Source: a virus
Direction: 5' to 3' (one strand)
IMG/VR virus record: IMGVR_UViG_3300017818_000007
Location: 32,001 to 96,000 of that record
Length of the DNA: 64,000 nucleotides
Shown: positions 52,201 through 60,131 of the stretch, piece by piece
How the letters are laid out: each line of letters begins with the position of its first letter
Position numbering within the stretch: position 1 is the stretch's first letter
Translations under genes and position numbers: made by a program
The notes under the pieces: model-generated
What the model saw: the letters and a program-made list of their open reading frames with translations, nothing else
Databases searched by the model: none
What the model was told of the DNA's origin: nothing

Positions 52201-52866
52201 ACAACGGTAAATTATGCCGCCTCGTTCTACTAAATCGTTTATGTAATATAGTTTAGGCGTAATAGTAATAACATTGTTTCCGGTTTCAGGATCAATTGAA
52301 CTTACTGAAGTACTGTTTTGCCATGCACCCTGCCAACTATATCCTTCAGACATAATTTCCCATCTAGTAGTAGCAGGAGTACCGCTAACTTCTAAACTTT
52401 GAACTACACCAGGTACAACTAACGCACCTTCGTATGCATTATCAACTGTGGCTACTGTGACTGTTGCATCATTTACTCCGCGGACGCCGCCTACTTGATC
52501 GCCTGGAATTACAAAATATTCTTTAGCAACATAGTTTCTACCACCAGCAACAAGTGTCACAGAATATTTCTTACCGCTTCGTGTGACTGTAAAGTCAATT
52601 CCTGTTCCGTCTACTGTTGTATTTTGACCGCCAGCATTTGCAGATAGGTTAAATTCGTCATCAACACCGTTTGGTGCACTATATGGCTCTGGATATGTAA
52701 AGTCATATAAAAAGTCGCCATAAAAATCATCTTGTGATGTGTGTGCCGCTGTACAGAAGTAAACATTACCATTAACTGTCACAATGTCATCTAGTGCATA
52801 TGCGACATCAGGCGCCCAATCGCCTCTGTATTTGTAAGTAAATCTGTCTAGTTTAAACTGTGCCAT
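46282..52866 (-). CDS. Long fibre protein, paralog of the 2170-aa protein (2194 aa)
   Basis: Same architecture; shared NDFTQ, GGKIRATNGN.SYG and HDFLDIGTG...S.DQDGNFRVG blocks. Confidence 0.75.
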   Translation of the reverse strand: MAQFKLDRFTYKYRGDWAPDVAYALDDIVTVNGNVYFCTAAHTSQDDFYGDFLYDFTYPEPYSAPNGVDDEFNLSANAGGQNTTVDGTGIDFTVTRSGKKYSVTLVAGGRNYVAKEYFVIPGDQVGGVRGVNDATVTVATVDNAYEGALVVPGVVQSLEVSGTPATTRWEIMSEGYSWQGAWQNSTSVSSIDPETGNNVITITPKLYYINDLVERGGIIYRCTQGHQALTDADFGHANNIRFWTTHVFGSHWSGDWVGFTPYQVGDVVRAGGSTWRCTTAHTSGTNAEGLAGDQGYWERIVTGDDWLNEWAPATNYKPQDIVRYGGYVYRANAQHTSTSNFENEVDVEGWWDLVVPGIEYKGLWTAPTAHVQGGTPNTIKWKVGDMVRHSQAIYVCNATHTVTGTDEETDDPLFRDTESYWNLYVAGMAYEEQWNADTNYQPGDIVEYGGYTYYCKTFHTNKVPSVEVNDWELLSEWYNFKNDWSAVQPYKVGDVVRNHGYLYWAVIDNVGSKPDSGIKTDVSITFGTAFNWDGVTTPNKTYTRGTTLILDQSHSSNDSHPIYPADTTDGFLNVADGGNELFTGVQTTYILDDEIVASLEDYNSGFNTATVRQVIVKLEPDCPDAIYFADYNNTGSSGVQVISVSGTSNWDLLMPGVSFKGPWNDFDADSTLNAYELGDIVLWAGTAYQCIRRHDANSANSRPDQDTRKTIPVYWKVYVQGIRTNVLARPGDIKTYSAGSNERLEIGDLGTVLKGLPQTNADSSLGQGPQWDLLGDSKNNFYVALDGVDEATRGATKQNPFRTVKYALDHIAGDTVNRTPATVFVSTGEFKEILPLKIPANVAVVGDELRSTRIVPAAGYEGTDMFHVKNGCGIRNCTLQGLVGTMSAVNEFGTKRPVGGHPAFVSLDPGTGPSDSNVWVTSKSTYVQNVTTFGTNCVGMKIDGGLHLGGNKSIVANDFTQVISGGIGIWVTNGALSELVSVFTYYCHIGYLSEAGGKIRATNGNNSYGDYGSVAEGYDLLETPITANVNNRDNDATVSNVLTDLDNEIYLFGYAHAGQNYTSADIDAFSGTGSNLEAEFKEFRNKSLSQVRMLDPGDSSTPGGSGFSITTGQSQGGTGSTLLLSATDTVEDSSGVYDGKRIFITQGKGKGQYGYIQSYDPSSKVAYILRESDDLPGWDHWIPGTPIQTSLDDTAFYQIEPRVEFSKPPFATESINVNTPLDYKKVVFGNNRYVAIAQSEFGNSGTDQFVYSTNGTSWTAGNMDGSNLPQSTGRWSWQDLDYGGGKFVAVAKEGIVAVSSDGENWTMYEVTNDSTGVQTRYIAFGDNPTIEQTFKVTVSVPGDNPLYHFDGAVNTAPDISVVEGNTYTFNQNDGSNNNCPIYFSSTPEGINGGGDEYTEGVKYYLNNKQVADLAAYVSGFNAAQTRKVVWTVPNSLVGVPMYYVNYNSTGSGVQPDSSYALVRVDGRSEWLVTSNGSPEYFQSLDYGNTWTAGQLPSAESFDGGVRGMAYGSGKFVAVAGDWDSSKMRIYTKTPGNTEWAENFVSMGDMSNVESMVYGNNIFLATETNSDDVWINPTGGHGAWYRQENVLPSTGNWFLGYGQGVYVAFKPNTDEFAISENGIFWEAKTLPTTANWTTCGIGTPGNSCKFVLMGSGSPLQGSGEQNAVVIQAGRKPFARMFVKNTRAGEFWIYDPGSNYESDLLNVNNTFAVTFGRNAADTADVYFIDGSENPTLTFTEGRRYTFDLSDESLKNYGGAVVDGVVEDNIHPLNIYQDAAKTIVWSDNVVYRFGTTVVSRDVFLRDFADYANRTVEIEIQYDAPSGLYYGSTEDAGATAITIEETDAMSMTVSDPLATVDPYVKLRIANGVLPQPSFRNRGTKFRSATASVTGDGYADVYQTGNKIKVTDLTREPGPGANLSITGIDGKTYLVTKVTDITGSEPTLSATIQISPTLGVDESPDHNTALVMREQYSQVRLTFHDFLDIGTGNKNSTRYPVRYLQGFTEADEDAVKQQNETDFSDGGRVFYSSTDQDGNFRVGELFEVEQASGIITINADQFDLSGLTELSLGGVTLGGTGAVIKEFSIDPLFVANSDNVVPTQKAIAAYVKSRITGGGSSVNVNKVTAGVITSGDSGQEIDTTDGSVIQAKAKISFEGGVGGDMAARAFFAFGTDIAISDDFGGQDESGGNTNDNYGA

Positions 52867-52883
52867 TTATTTCTCACCTATAT

Positions 52884-53231
52884 TTAACTGTAATCATATG
52901 GTTGATTTACTCTTGCGACTAAATTTCCATCTTCGTTGATGTAGTAATTAATCTTTTGGTAATCCCATCTGTATTGTTCATATTTTAAGTTGTTATAAAC
53001 CTTTTCGTGGTTTACATCTCTACCTTCAAAAAAGTCTTGTCCAATATCAAAATCGTTATAGTTCTCTGCACTATTACCAGGAACGTTAATTTCAATTTGA
53101 TCATTTGGATTTAATTGGTCAACAATAGCAAGGTAAATTGTACCGTCGTCTAGTTTTCTTAAACCATAGAAGTATCTGGTATTCATACCATCTATTAGTT
53201 GTTCCATATTTCCGCCGATATAATTTGCCAT
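52884..53231 (-). CDS. Hypothetical virion protein
   Basis: 115-aa ORF with SD GGAG, packed in the fibre operon. Confidence 0.55.
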   Translation of the reverse strand: MANYIGGNMEQLIDGMNTRYFYGLRKLDDGTIYLAIVDQLNPNDQIEINVPGNSAENYNDFDIGQDFFEGRDVNHEKVYNNLKYEQYRWDYQKINYYINEDGNLVARVNQPYDYS

Positions 53232-53243
53232 CGTTATCTCCTA

Positions 53244-53573
53244 TTAAGTTTGTTCCGCATAACTTATTACTGCGTCAACGCTATCTGCATAACTTGACGA
53301 AATTTGTAAAGTATGATATTCATCTAGTACTAATTTCTCACTACCATTTAATGCTCTTAGTGATCCGTTTGGTGGTATTGGAACATCTTTTGCGTAATAT
53401 GCTACAACACTACCTGCGTCTTTAACCATAACACTTCCTAACACTGTACTATCTTTTGTATTTGCTAGTGAAATGCCCATAATTACAACTTTTCTATTAA
53501 CAGGAACATTGATCGCATCAATTGGTAATTGACCTACGTCTTTTATAATTGCATTTTTTAATATCGTTGCCAT
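53244..53573 (-). CDS. Small beta-sandwich adaptor protein (paralog 2)
   Basis: VVIMGISLANT...IPPNGSL...EKLVLD...VISYAE. Confidence 0.55.
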   Translation of the reverse strand: MATILKNAIIKDVGQLPIDAINVPVNRKVVIMGISLANTKDSTVLGSVMVKDAGSVVAYYAKDVPIPPNGSLRALNGSEKLVLDEYHTLQISSSYADSVDAVISYAEQT

Positions 53574-53582
53574 CTATTTTCT

Positions 53583-56500
53583 CTATCCATATATTAATGC
53601 GTTTAAGAATGATAGTTCTTCCGCTTCTTGGAATGTAATACCACCCTGTTGTCCAACAACAGATGCCCATACACTACCATCCCACACTTCTAATCTACTC
53701 TGCTGAGTGTTATATCTTGTTAAACCTACAGCAAGATTAGACACTGGTCTATTGTTGTTATCACCTACTGGAAACTTAAGACCATATGTTCCATTAAAAT
53801 CCACATATCCTTCGTCTGTTCCAGCAAAGTTAATCTGTGAATCACTTACTACATTAGTTATCGTATTTGTGCCCTGATCCCACTCTACATCTCCAATTAC
53901 TACTTTACCTGTACCGTTTGGAGCAATAGTTAAATCTGCATCTGTAGCCTCTGTACTAAGTGTATTAACGTGAATTGTGTCAGTATTAAAACGTGTTGCA
54001 TTTAAATCTGCTGTTAGTCCTGCCGCGCCATTATAAAATCTAAATGTATCGTCGTCATTACCTTGTGTTAATTCTGCTGTGATATAAGTGTCTAAGTCTT
54101 GGTCAACAACACCACTTACACTACCACCAACTGCATTCCAAAATCCGTCTGCATATAATTCAAATACGTTTGAACTTGTGTTATATCTAAACATACCATT
54201 AACAGGTGTGCCCGGTCTTTGAGCAGTTGTACCTGCAGGAAGTTTAATAGCATCATCACTGTTAAAGTCTACATATCCGTCGCCGTGTGCAAAAATTTCT
54301 AAATTAGTATCGTTTCTAAATGTTTGTACAGAGTTGTTAATTAATTTAACTTCGTCTGAAATAAATGATGTTGTTTGTAAACCATCACTATCGATATAAG
54401 CAATAGTTGTTCCTGCAACATCAAAAGTAATAACATCATTGTCTGCACCAAGTGTAGTTTCAACGTTTACTTTAGTATCACCATCTTGGTCACGGATTTC
54501 ATTAAATCCGCCATTAATCACTAAGTTTCCGTCAATTACAACATCTGATGATCCATCTGGATTAATTGTTAAGTCACCGCTTGTAGTAATGATTTGATTA
54601 CCACTAATTCTAATATTTCCTGTTTCAACTCTGCTAGGATCTACAATAGTTGTATTTCCACCGTCAGTAAATGTTAAACCAGATAATGAACTAATATCAA
54701 AACTTTCTGCTTCAAATGTGACGTTTCCTGTTTCTTGGTCAACAGTAAATGCATTACCAACTCTAAAGTCACCGCTTTGGTCAATTGAACTGAATAATAC
54801 TTTACCGTTGTTTGTTTCAGTAATTTCGTTTGCTTGAATTACTCTAGAAACATCATTTTCTAAATTCTTTCCAACGCCTACGTATCCAAAGTTATGATTG
54901 ATCAATCTTAGGAGAACACCGTCGCCGTCTGCAATAACACCTTGATTTCCGTAAACGTTTGCACTACCAATTGCTCTTAGTTCAGCACCAAATTGTTTAA
55001 GATCAATAAATTCAATGCCTGTTGCACTACCACCACTTGAAGAAGAAATATCAACTTGAACTGCTACATCTTCTGTGACTGTTGTACTAGCATTTGCACC
55101 ATTAAAGTGTGTTAAAAATACTGTTGTGCTATCTCCAACAAACTCTGCTGTTGGTGTTGAAAAACCTGACAAATATCTTGGTAAACCTTTAGTGACTCTT
55201 AGTTCGTCTACATATCCTGTAAACAAGTTTGTGTTATTATAGTCGCCACCAATACCAAACATTCTTGCTGTACCATAGTTGTTTGTATCACTATATGTTG
55301 ATCCGTCTTGATTTCCGTTAACAAACAATTTTGTTCCATCGTTTGATCTAGAAACAGCAATATGGTACCAAGTGTTTGTTAGTAGTACATCTGTTCCAGT
55401 AATAACATCACTACCAGCAACAGCAACTCTTACATTAGCACCGTTAGTATAAACACTAATTGCATTATCACTTGCTTCTGTTCTCATATCAAACAAGTAT
55501 TGTGTTCCTGTGACTCCGTCAAATCTAAAGAAGCCTTCAACTGTAAAGTTTCCTTCTCCAAATCCAAAATCATTTGAACTAGGCACACTTGCATAATCAC
55601 CTGTGCCATCTAGGTATAAACTTGCTGTACCAAACTTTTTCTGTGTAGTACTTAAAGAACTATTTCCTGTTAGGTTAATAGTTTTACTTTTTCTATCAGT
55701 TGTTGTAGACCAACCTGAAACTTTACCATCAAATGTTAATCTTAATCTGCCGTCAACTGTTTCTTTTGATTCAATAGTACCTTGTGCTAGTACTGTTGAT
55801 CCGTCTTCTGATGTTAAAGTGACTGTGTCGGTGACATTAAACGTTCCTGTGTATCCCGATAAATCAACAATAGTTTTTCCGTCGCCGCCTCTACCAGCAC
55901 TACCTGATTCGCCAACAATGCCTTTGTCAGCAAAATAAACAAAACTGTTTAACCACTCACATCTTGCACCATTAGTCATATACAAACCAACGGAATTTGG
56001 TACAAAGAAAGTAGTATCATTAAACAACATTGCCGCTTCAATTGAACTTGCAGAAACTAAACTACCATCAATTTTTGCACCACGTCCTGCATCTCCACTA
56101 TCAAAACCATAAGGATCACTAGCACTAGTTGTAGTACCTTTGTTTAATACTGTACAGTTTATTATATATGGTGATTGCAATGGAACACTTAATGATCCAG
56201 CAGGATCAAAACTAAAAGCATAACCTGTGTCGTTTGACGAGTTATACTTCATATTTTTAATTGCTAAATGTTGAATAGTTGTAGCACTGTTTAAGTGAAA
56301 ACAATCTAAATCTTCTGTTGCAACAGTTGGACTAACAACAGTTGCACGTAAGCCTGCGCCGTCTACTGTGACTCCTGCTGGTACTACTAGTGGAAATTCT
56401 TCTGTATAAATTCCTGCAGAAACTTTAATAATATCACCTGAACTTGCTTGACTCAAAGCGTGTTTGATTGTTGCAAATGCACTGTCAATACTAGTGCCTT

Positions 56501-57269
56501 CTTCTGCGTCGTCACCGTTTTGTGTCACAAATAATGTCTGACCTTCTTCATTTAAAAGCAAGTTTTCAATTCTTACTTTACCTGTTCCGTTAGCACGAAT
56601 AGTTAAATCTGCATTACTGTCAATAGTTTCAATTGTTGAATCTGTAATTTGAATATTATCAATATTTGCTTGTCTAGAGTTTAGTGTTTTCCAACGTTTG
56701 CTAGGAGTACCTAGTGTGTAAATTTGATCAGCATCTGGAATAATATTTGAAACAACATCTGCTTTAAAATTAACAGTGTCTGTGTCAGCATCACCTAAAT
56801 TAATATTTCCGCCAGCAGTAATATTGCCAGTTGCATATAAGTTTCCTGTGACGTTTGTGTTTCCTAATAGTTCAATAGTACCTGTTCCATTAGGAGCAAG
56901 TTCGATAGGAGCATTACTATCAATTGTACTGATAGTGTTGTCATTCATTTCTAATGAATCAACTTGAATTCTTGAATGGTAAATTACAGGATCACCACCT
57001 GAAGGTGTAAGTTCAATAGTACCTAGTGTACTACTAATTGTGTTTCCTTGAAAAGTTAAATTACCTGTTGTTGCTGAATTTGTTGCAATCCAGTCTGTGA
57101 CTTGTACTGTACCGTTTACATCTAGTTCATAGGAAGGATTGGTCTTTTTGATACCAATGCGACCATTGTTAACATCCAAATATAATAAATCCGTTTCAAA
57201 CGCCAAGTCCACACCATTACGGAGCAGATTTGCCTTTAACAACGGACCCGAAATACGACCGACGGCCAT
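53583..57269 (-). CDS. Long fibre protein with a beta-helix and a LamG/concanavalin-A-like domain (1228 aa)
   Basis: FVTQNGDD..G...AFATIKHAL...GDIIKV.AG.Y.E.FP beta-helix start; LamG motifs FTVEGFF, WYHIAVSR, LFVNG and GYVDELRVTKG. Confidence 0.75.
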   Translation of the reverse strand: MAVGRISGPLLKANLLRNGVDLAFETDLLYLDVNNGRIGIKKTNPSYELDVNGTVQVTDWIATNSATTGNLTFQGNTISSTLGTIELTPSGGDPVIYHSRIQVDSLEMNDNTISTIDSNAPIELAPNGTGTIELLGNTNVTGNLYATGNITAGGNINLGDADTDTVNFKADVVSNIIPDADQIYTLGTPSKRWKTLNSRQANIDNIQITDSTIETIDSNADLTIRANGTGKVRIENLLLNEEGQTLFVTQNGDDAEEGTSIDSAFATIKHALSQASSGDIIKVSAGIYTEEFPLVVPAGVTVDGAGLRATVVSPTVATEDLDCFHLNSATTIQHLAIKNMKYNSSNDTGYAFSFDPAGSLSVPLQSPYIINCTVLNKGTTTSASDPYGFDSGDAGRGAKIDGSLVSASSIEAAMLFNDTTFFVPNSVGLYMTNGARCEWLNSFVYFADKGIVGESGSAGRGGDGKTIVDLSGYTGTFNVTDTVTLTSEDGSTVLAQGTIESKETVDGRLRLTFDGKVSGWSTTTDRKSKTINLTGNSSLSTTQKKFGTASLYLDGTGDYASVPSSNDFGFGEGNFTVEGFFRFDGVTGTQYLFDMRTEASDNAISVYTNGANVRVAVAGSDVITGTDVLLTNTWYHIAVSRSNDGTKLFVNGNQDGSTYSDTNNYGTARMFGIGGDYNNTNLFTGYVDELRVTKGLPRYLSGFSTPTAEFVGDSTTVFLTHFNGANASTTVTEDVAVQVDISSSSGGSATGIEFIDLKQFGAELRAIGSANVYGNQGVIADGDGVLLRLINHNFGYVGVGKNLENDVSRVIQANEITETNNGKVLFSSIDQSGDFRVGNAFTVDQETGNVTFEAESFDISSLSGLTFTDGGNTTIVDPSRVETGNIRISGNQIITTSGDLTINPDGSSDVVIDGNLVINGGFNEIRDQDGDTKVNVETTLGADNDVITFDVAGTTIAYIDSDGLQTTSFISDEVKLINNSVQTFRNDTNLEIFAHGDGYVDFNSDDAIKLPAGTTAQRPGTPVNGMFRYNTSSNVFELYADGFWNAVGGSVSGVVDQDLDTYITAELTQGNDDDTFRFYNGAAGLTADLNATRFNTDTIHVNTLSTEATDADLTIAPNGTGKVVIGDVEWDQGTNTITNVVSDSQINFAGTDEGYVDFNGTYGLKFPVGDNNNRPVSNLAVGLTRYNTQQSRLEVWDGSVWASVVGQQGGITFQEAEELSFLNALIYG

Positions 57270-57368
57270 TGTGTTCTCCTATAAACCGGGCATCCTGTGC
57301 CTCTAACCACCTTACATAGCGGGTTAACCACTGTTTGTCCTGCAAACCTAAACGGTCAAGTTTGCATT
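57270..57368 (-). promoter_or_regulatory. Structured ~99-nt 5' leader of the 1228-aa fibre gene
   Basis: TAAATA at 57379-57374; 11-bp hairpin UGCAAACUUGA/UUAGGUUUGCA; then AGUGG-UUAAC-CCGCU and GGCA-CAGGA-UGCC ahead of SD AGGAG. Confidence 0.5.
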
Positions 57369-57415
57369 AATAGTATTTAGTCTTTATTGGAAAAACCGTA
57401 AGTATGTAGTTAAAA

Positions 57416-57904
57416 TTAACCTACGATACTACCGTCGAAGCCGTGTATAACGGTGACGTCTTTACCTAAAGGAACAGGAGAATCAAACTTAATATATTTG
57501 TTGCCGTTAACATCAACAGTCATAGTATAGTTTACACCTGCAATTTGCACAACGTTTTCAACAAGTACAAGTACATTCTCAGCCGCGGCTGGTGATGGAC
57601 TTAGTACACCAAATTGTGTTTCAGAGGCATCGCCAGTTCCTAAGTTTTGAACTTGAATGTTTCCTGGACGATCAGATCTAATTGTTTCCCAAGCATTATT
57701 AATATATGCTTCAATCTCATTAATTTGACTATTATAACGAATTGTTCCGTTAACAGGTGCGCCACTACGTTGGCTAGTATCACCAGTACCAAGTTGTAAA
57801 CCACCAACAGCACCTTGGAAACTTACAGAGCCGTCAATGTCAACAAACACTGATTTGTCAACTATCATTTTTCTGTTAATCTGTTGTTGTTTTACAAAAC
57901 GCAT
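57416..57904 (-). CDS. Virion structural protein
   Basis: GDTSQR..G.IRYN...E.Y....W fibre junction motif and VLVENVVQIAG.NYT. Confidence 0.6.
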   Translation of the reverse strand: MRFVKQQQINRKMIVDKSVFVDIDGSVSFQGAVGGLQLGTGDTSQRSGAPVNGTIRYNSQINEIEAYINNAWETIRSDRPGNIQVQNLGTGDASETQFGVLSPSPAAAENVLVLVENVVQIAGVNYTMTVDVNGNKYIKFDSPVPLGKDVTVIHGFDGSIVG

Positions 57905-57908
57905 ATTA

Positions 57909-58253
57909 TTACACCGCTATTGTTGAAATAGTGACTGAAATAGTTGCTGGAGATGTTGTTTGACAAATGATTTTGTCACCCGACTCCATTACAAACTTTT
58001 CAGTATCCATGATAAAAGTTTCACCTGCTGGAACTTTTAACTGATGTAAAATTTTGTTAACATCAGTTGCACTTTGTCCTGATTGTACAACGTGTACGTC
58101 AAGATATGTGTCAGCATCAGTTAGAATATTATCACCTGGAATGTTATCTGCATCAGCATAATTACAGAAAATCATACTAGTAATAGCATTTTCACCTGTA
58201 GATGTGTATACTGTTGTTAATGTTGCATCTATAAAACTATTCGTTATTGCCAT
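57909..58253 (-). CDS. Small beta-sandwich adaptor protein (paralog 3)
   Basis: VYTST..AITSMIFCN...VPAGETF..EKFVMESGDKI. Confidence 0.55.
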   Translation of the reverse strand: MAITNSFIDATLTTVYTSTGENAITSMIFCNYADADNIPGDNILTDADTYLDVHVVQSGQSATDVNKILHQLKVPAGETFIMDTEKFVMESGDKIICQTTSPATISVTISTIAV

Positions 58254-58262
58254 ATCTTTATC

Positions 58263-59192
58263 CTAAAATATCATGCTCATTAGCATGGCTTTTCGTTTAC
58301 TTGTCACCTCTCCACTAGTACTGTTATTTACAAAAAATAGGCCAGTTCCACCGAATCCTTCTGAATCAACATAGACTTTTAAACGCCCTGCAACACCAGT
58401 AGGAGTAGCACTTGCAGTAGGTAATGTTAACACCTCGTCAACAACTACATTTCCGCTACCGTTTGACTGTAAAACTAAATCTTCGTTAGTATTAGTAGGT
58501 CTAATAGTTGTACCATCAAACTCTAAATCACCAAATGTCATGATATCACGTCTAATGTCTACTCTTGTGACATTATCAATTTTACCTAACAGTCTAGATA
58601 CAGCATCGCCTTCTTGTATGTCTTCTGCTTTAAAGATTGTGTTATCTGCTTGAATTTGTGGAATATTAATAGTTTGGAAAGCGTTATTAACATATCTTAC
58701 GTTTGGAATATCGTCATCAGTTAAGCCTGTTTCATAATTAGTAGTACCTCTAACACTTAGTTTTGCGTTAGGAGCATTTGTGCCTAAGAAAACAATATCG
58801 TCGCCTGTTGTACTAATATGATTAGTTCTAATTGCGGCTAATCCTGAACCAACTTTAAACGTAAAAATACCTTCGCCAGTACCACCGTTTGGTCTAGTAT
58901 AACTTAGTGTATCATCCCAAAGAATAGTTGCGTTATCAGCAGTTCCTCTTTCAATATCAATACCGCTTTGTCCAAGTGAAACACCATTTCCTGTTTCATT
59001 TTTGTTTAACGTAATGATAGCATCTTCAATTGCAAGTTCTTCAGTATCTACACTAGTTGTAGTACCTTCAACAATAAGATTACCTGTGACTCTTGTAGTA
59101 CCTTTTCTATTGCCCGTATTGAGGGTGATTTCTCCCGCACTTACGGTAGTAATTTTGTAGTCACCAGTGAGTTTTAAAACATCAGTTGCCAT
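58263..59192 (-). CDS. Virion structural protein (fibre/baseplate)
   Basis: VTGNLIVEGTTTSV..L.IED.IITLN..E.G..GI.I.RG motif, common in marine-type phage fibres. Confidence 0.6.
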   Translation of the reverse strand: MATDVLKLTGDYKITTVSAGEITLNTGNRKGTTRVTGNLIVEGTTTSVDTEELAIEDAIITLNKNETGNGVSLGQSGIDIERGTADNATILWDDTLSYTRPNGGTGEGIFTFKVGSGLAAIRTNHISTTGDDIVFLGTNAPNAKLSVRGTTNYETGLTDDDIPNVRYVNNAFQTINIPQIQADNTIFKAEDIQEGDAVSRLLGKIDNVTRVDIRRDIMTFGDLEFDGTTIRPTNTNEDLVLQSNGSGNVVVDEVLTLPTASATPTGVAGRLKVYVDSEGFGGTGLFFVNNSTSGEVTSKRKAMLMSMIF

Positions 59193-59230
59193 TCTATTAG
59201 AATCCTATACAAGTATAGTGTTATTTAGTC

Positions 59231-59263
59231 AAGAGAAAAGGGCAAAGCGAATTTGCCCTCTCT
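59231..59263 (-). terminator. Rho-independent terminator
   Basis: AGGGCAAA-TTCGC-TTTGCCCT followed by TTTCTCTT. Confidence 0.75.
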
Positions 59264-59286
59264 CCAAGTTTTGGTAAAAACTACGA

Positions 59287-59733
59287 TTATGCGTTAGTAA
59301 AATCGTCGTCATCAACACCAGCCGCGTCATCGTCACCAGCCTCTTCAACTTGTGCCGCGCCATCTACTAGTGATGTGCTAAAGTTCCATGGCACTGACTT
59401 ACCATCATATGCGTTAGAACCTGTACCGTCTGGAGCAACTAGTGTTGCTTTACGACCTGAAATTTTAGAAACTTGATAAGTTTCAGAATCGTCCATTTTA
59501 AACGTGATACCCATTTCACCAGCCGCTAGTGCTGACATTAGTTTACCAGTTGTTAATGTACAAGTGTATTCAGTGTCTGAAGCACCAATTTCTGCTACTA
59601 CAAACTTTTTGCTACCTTTTTGTTTTACAATATGTCCTTCAACTACACTAGTGCCGTTGTGAAAATCAACTTTGATTTCATTTCCGCCCGCAGTAGGTTC
59701 GCCGAAGTATCTTTTATTAAGTGGTCTACCCAT
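59287..59733 (-). CDS. Small virion protein (MGRPLNKRYFG...)
   Basis: Strong SD AAGGAG with its own promoter and terminator, suggesting high expression. Confidence 0.6.
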   Translation of the reverse strand: MGRPLNKRYFGEPTAGGNEIKVDFHNGTSVVEGHIVKQKGSKKFVVAEIGASDTEYTCTLTTGKLMSALAAGEMGITFKMDDSETYQVSKISGRKATLVAPDGTGSNAYDGKSVPWNFSTSLVDGAAQVEEAGDDDAAGVDDDDFTNA

Positions 59734-59830
59734 TTGTTTTCTCCTTTTTAGAAGTCCGATCCGGGTTCTATCCGGTACGCAGTGGGTTTAATACTGCATA
59801 AGTCCATTACTTCAAATGGAACATATCTGA
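59734..59830 (-). promoter_or_regulatory. Structured ~97-nt 5' leader
   Basis: TAAATA at 59841-59836; hairpins UCCAUU/AAUGGA, GCAGU-AUUAAACCC-ACUGC and CCGG-AUAGAAC-CCGG. Confidence 0.5.
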
Positions 59831-59838
59831 CAATGTAT

Positions 59839-60114
59839 TTAGTCAACCCTGCTAAACAGGTGTAATAAGTGTGTTTGTGAGAACAATTTTATTGCATCGT
59901 TTATTTCACGTGCTTTTTCTTTGTGTTTAAGTTGTAAACTGTCTGTTGGTCTTCTACGGATTTCTATTTCTATATCAGATAGTTTTCTAACTTCTCTTCC
60001 TATGCTTGAACAAAACTTAATAACATTAAATTTAAACTCAGGAGCAGTCTTAGTTAACTCTCTAAGTTCTTGTTCAATGTCTTTCCAGTCTAATGAAATT
60101 TCTAATTCTTTCAT
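59839..60114 (-). CDS. Hypothetical protein
   Basis: 91-aa helical ORF preceded by TAAATA-N5-ATG. Confidence 0.55.
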   Translation of the reverse strand: MKELEISLDWKDIEQELRELTKTAPEFKFNVIKFCSSIGREVRKLSDIEIEIRRRPTDSLQLKHKEKAREINDAIKLFSQTHLLHLFSRVD

Positions 60115-60131
60115 AACTGTATTTAAGTCGT

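Noticed and set aside
39737-52866. Possible diversity-generating retroelement or recent duplication between the fibre paralogs
   Set aside because: Only short identical stretches in conserved coding blocks (e.g. TTGTGTAAAGTCGTTAGCAACAAT). No adenine-specific TR/VR pair and no reverse transcriptase seen.
57270-57368. Known riboswitch (c-di-GMP-I, preQ1, SAM-V)
   Set aside because: Diagnostic conserved nucleotides not recognisable; kept only as an unassigned structured leader.
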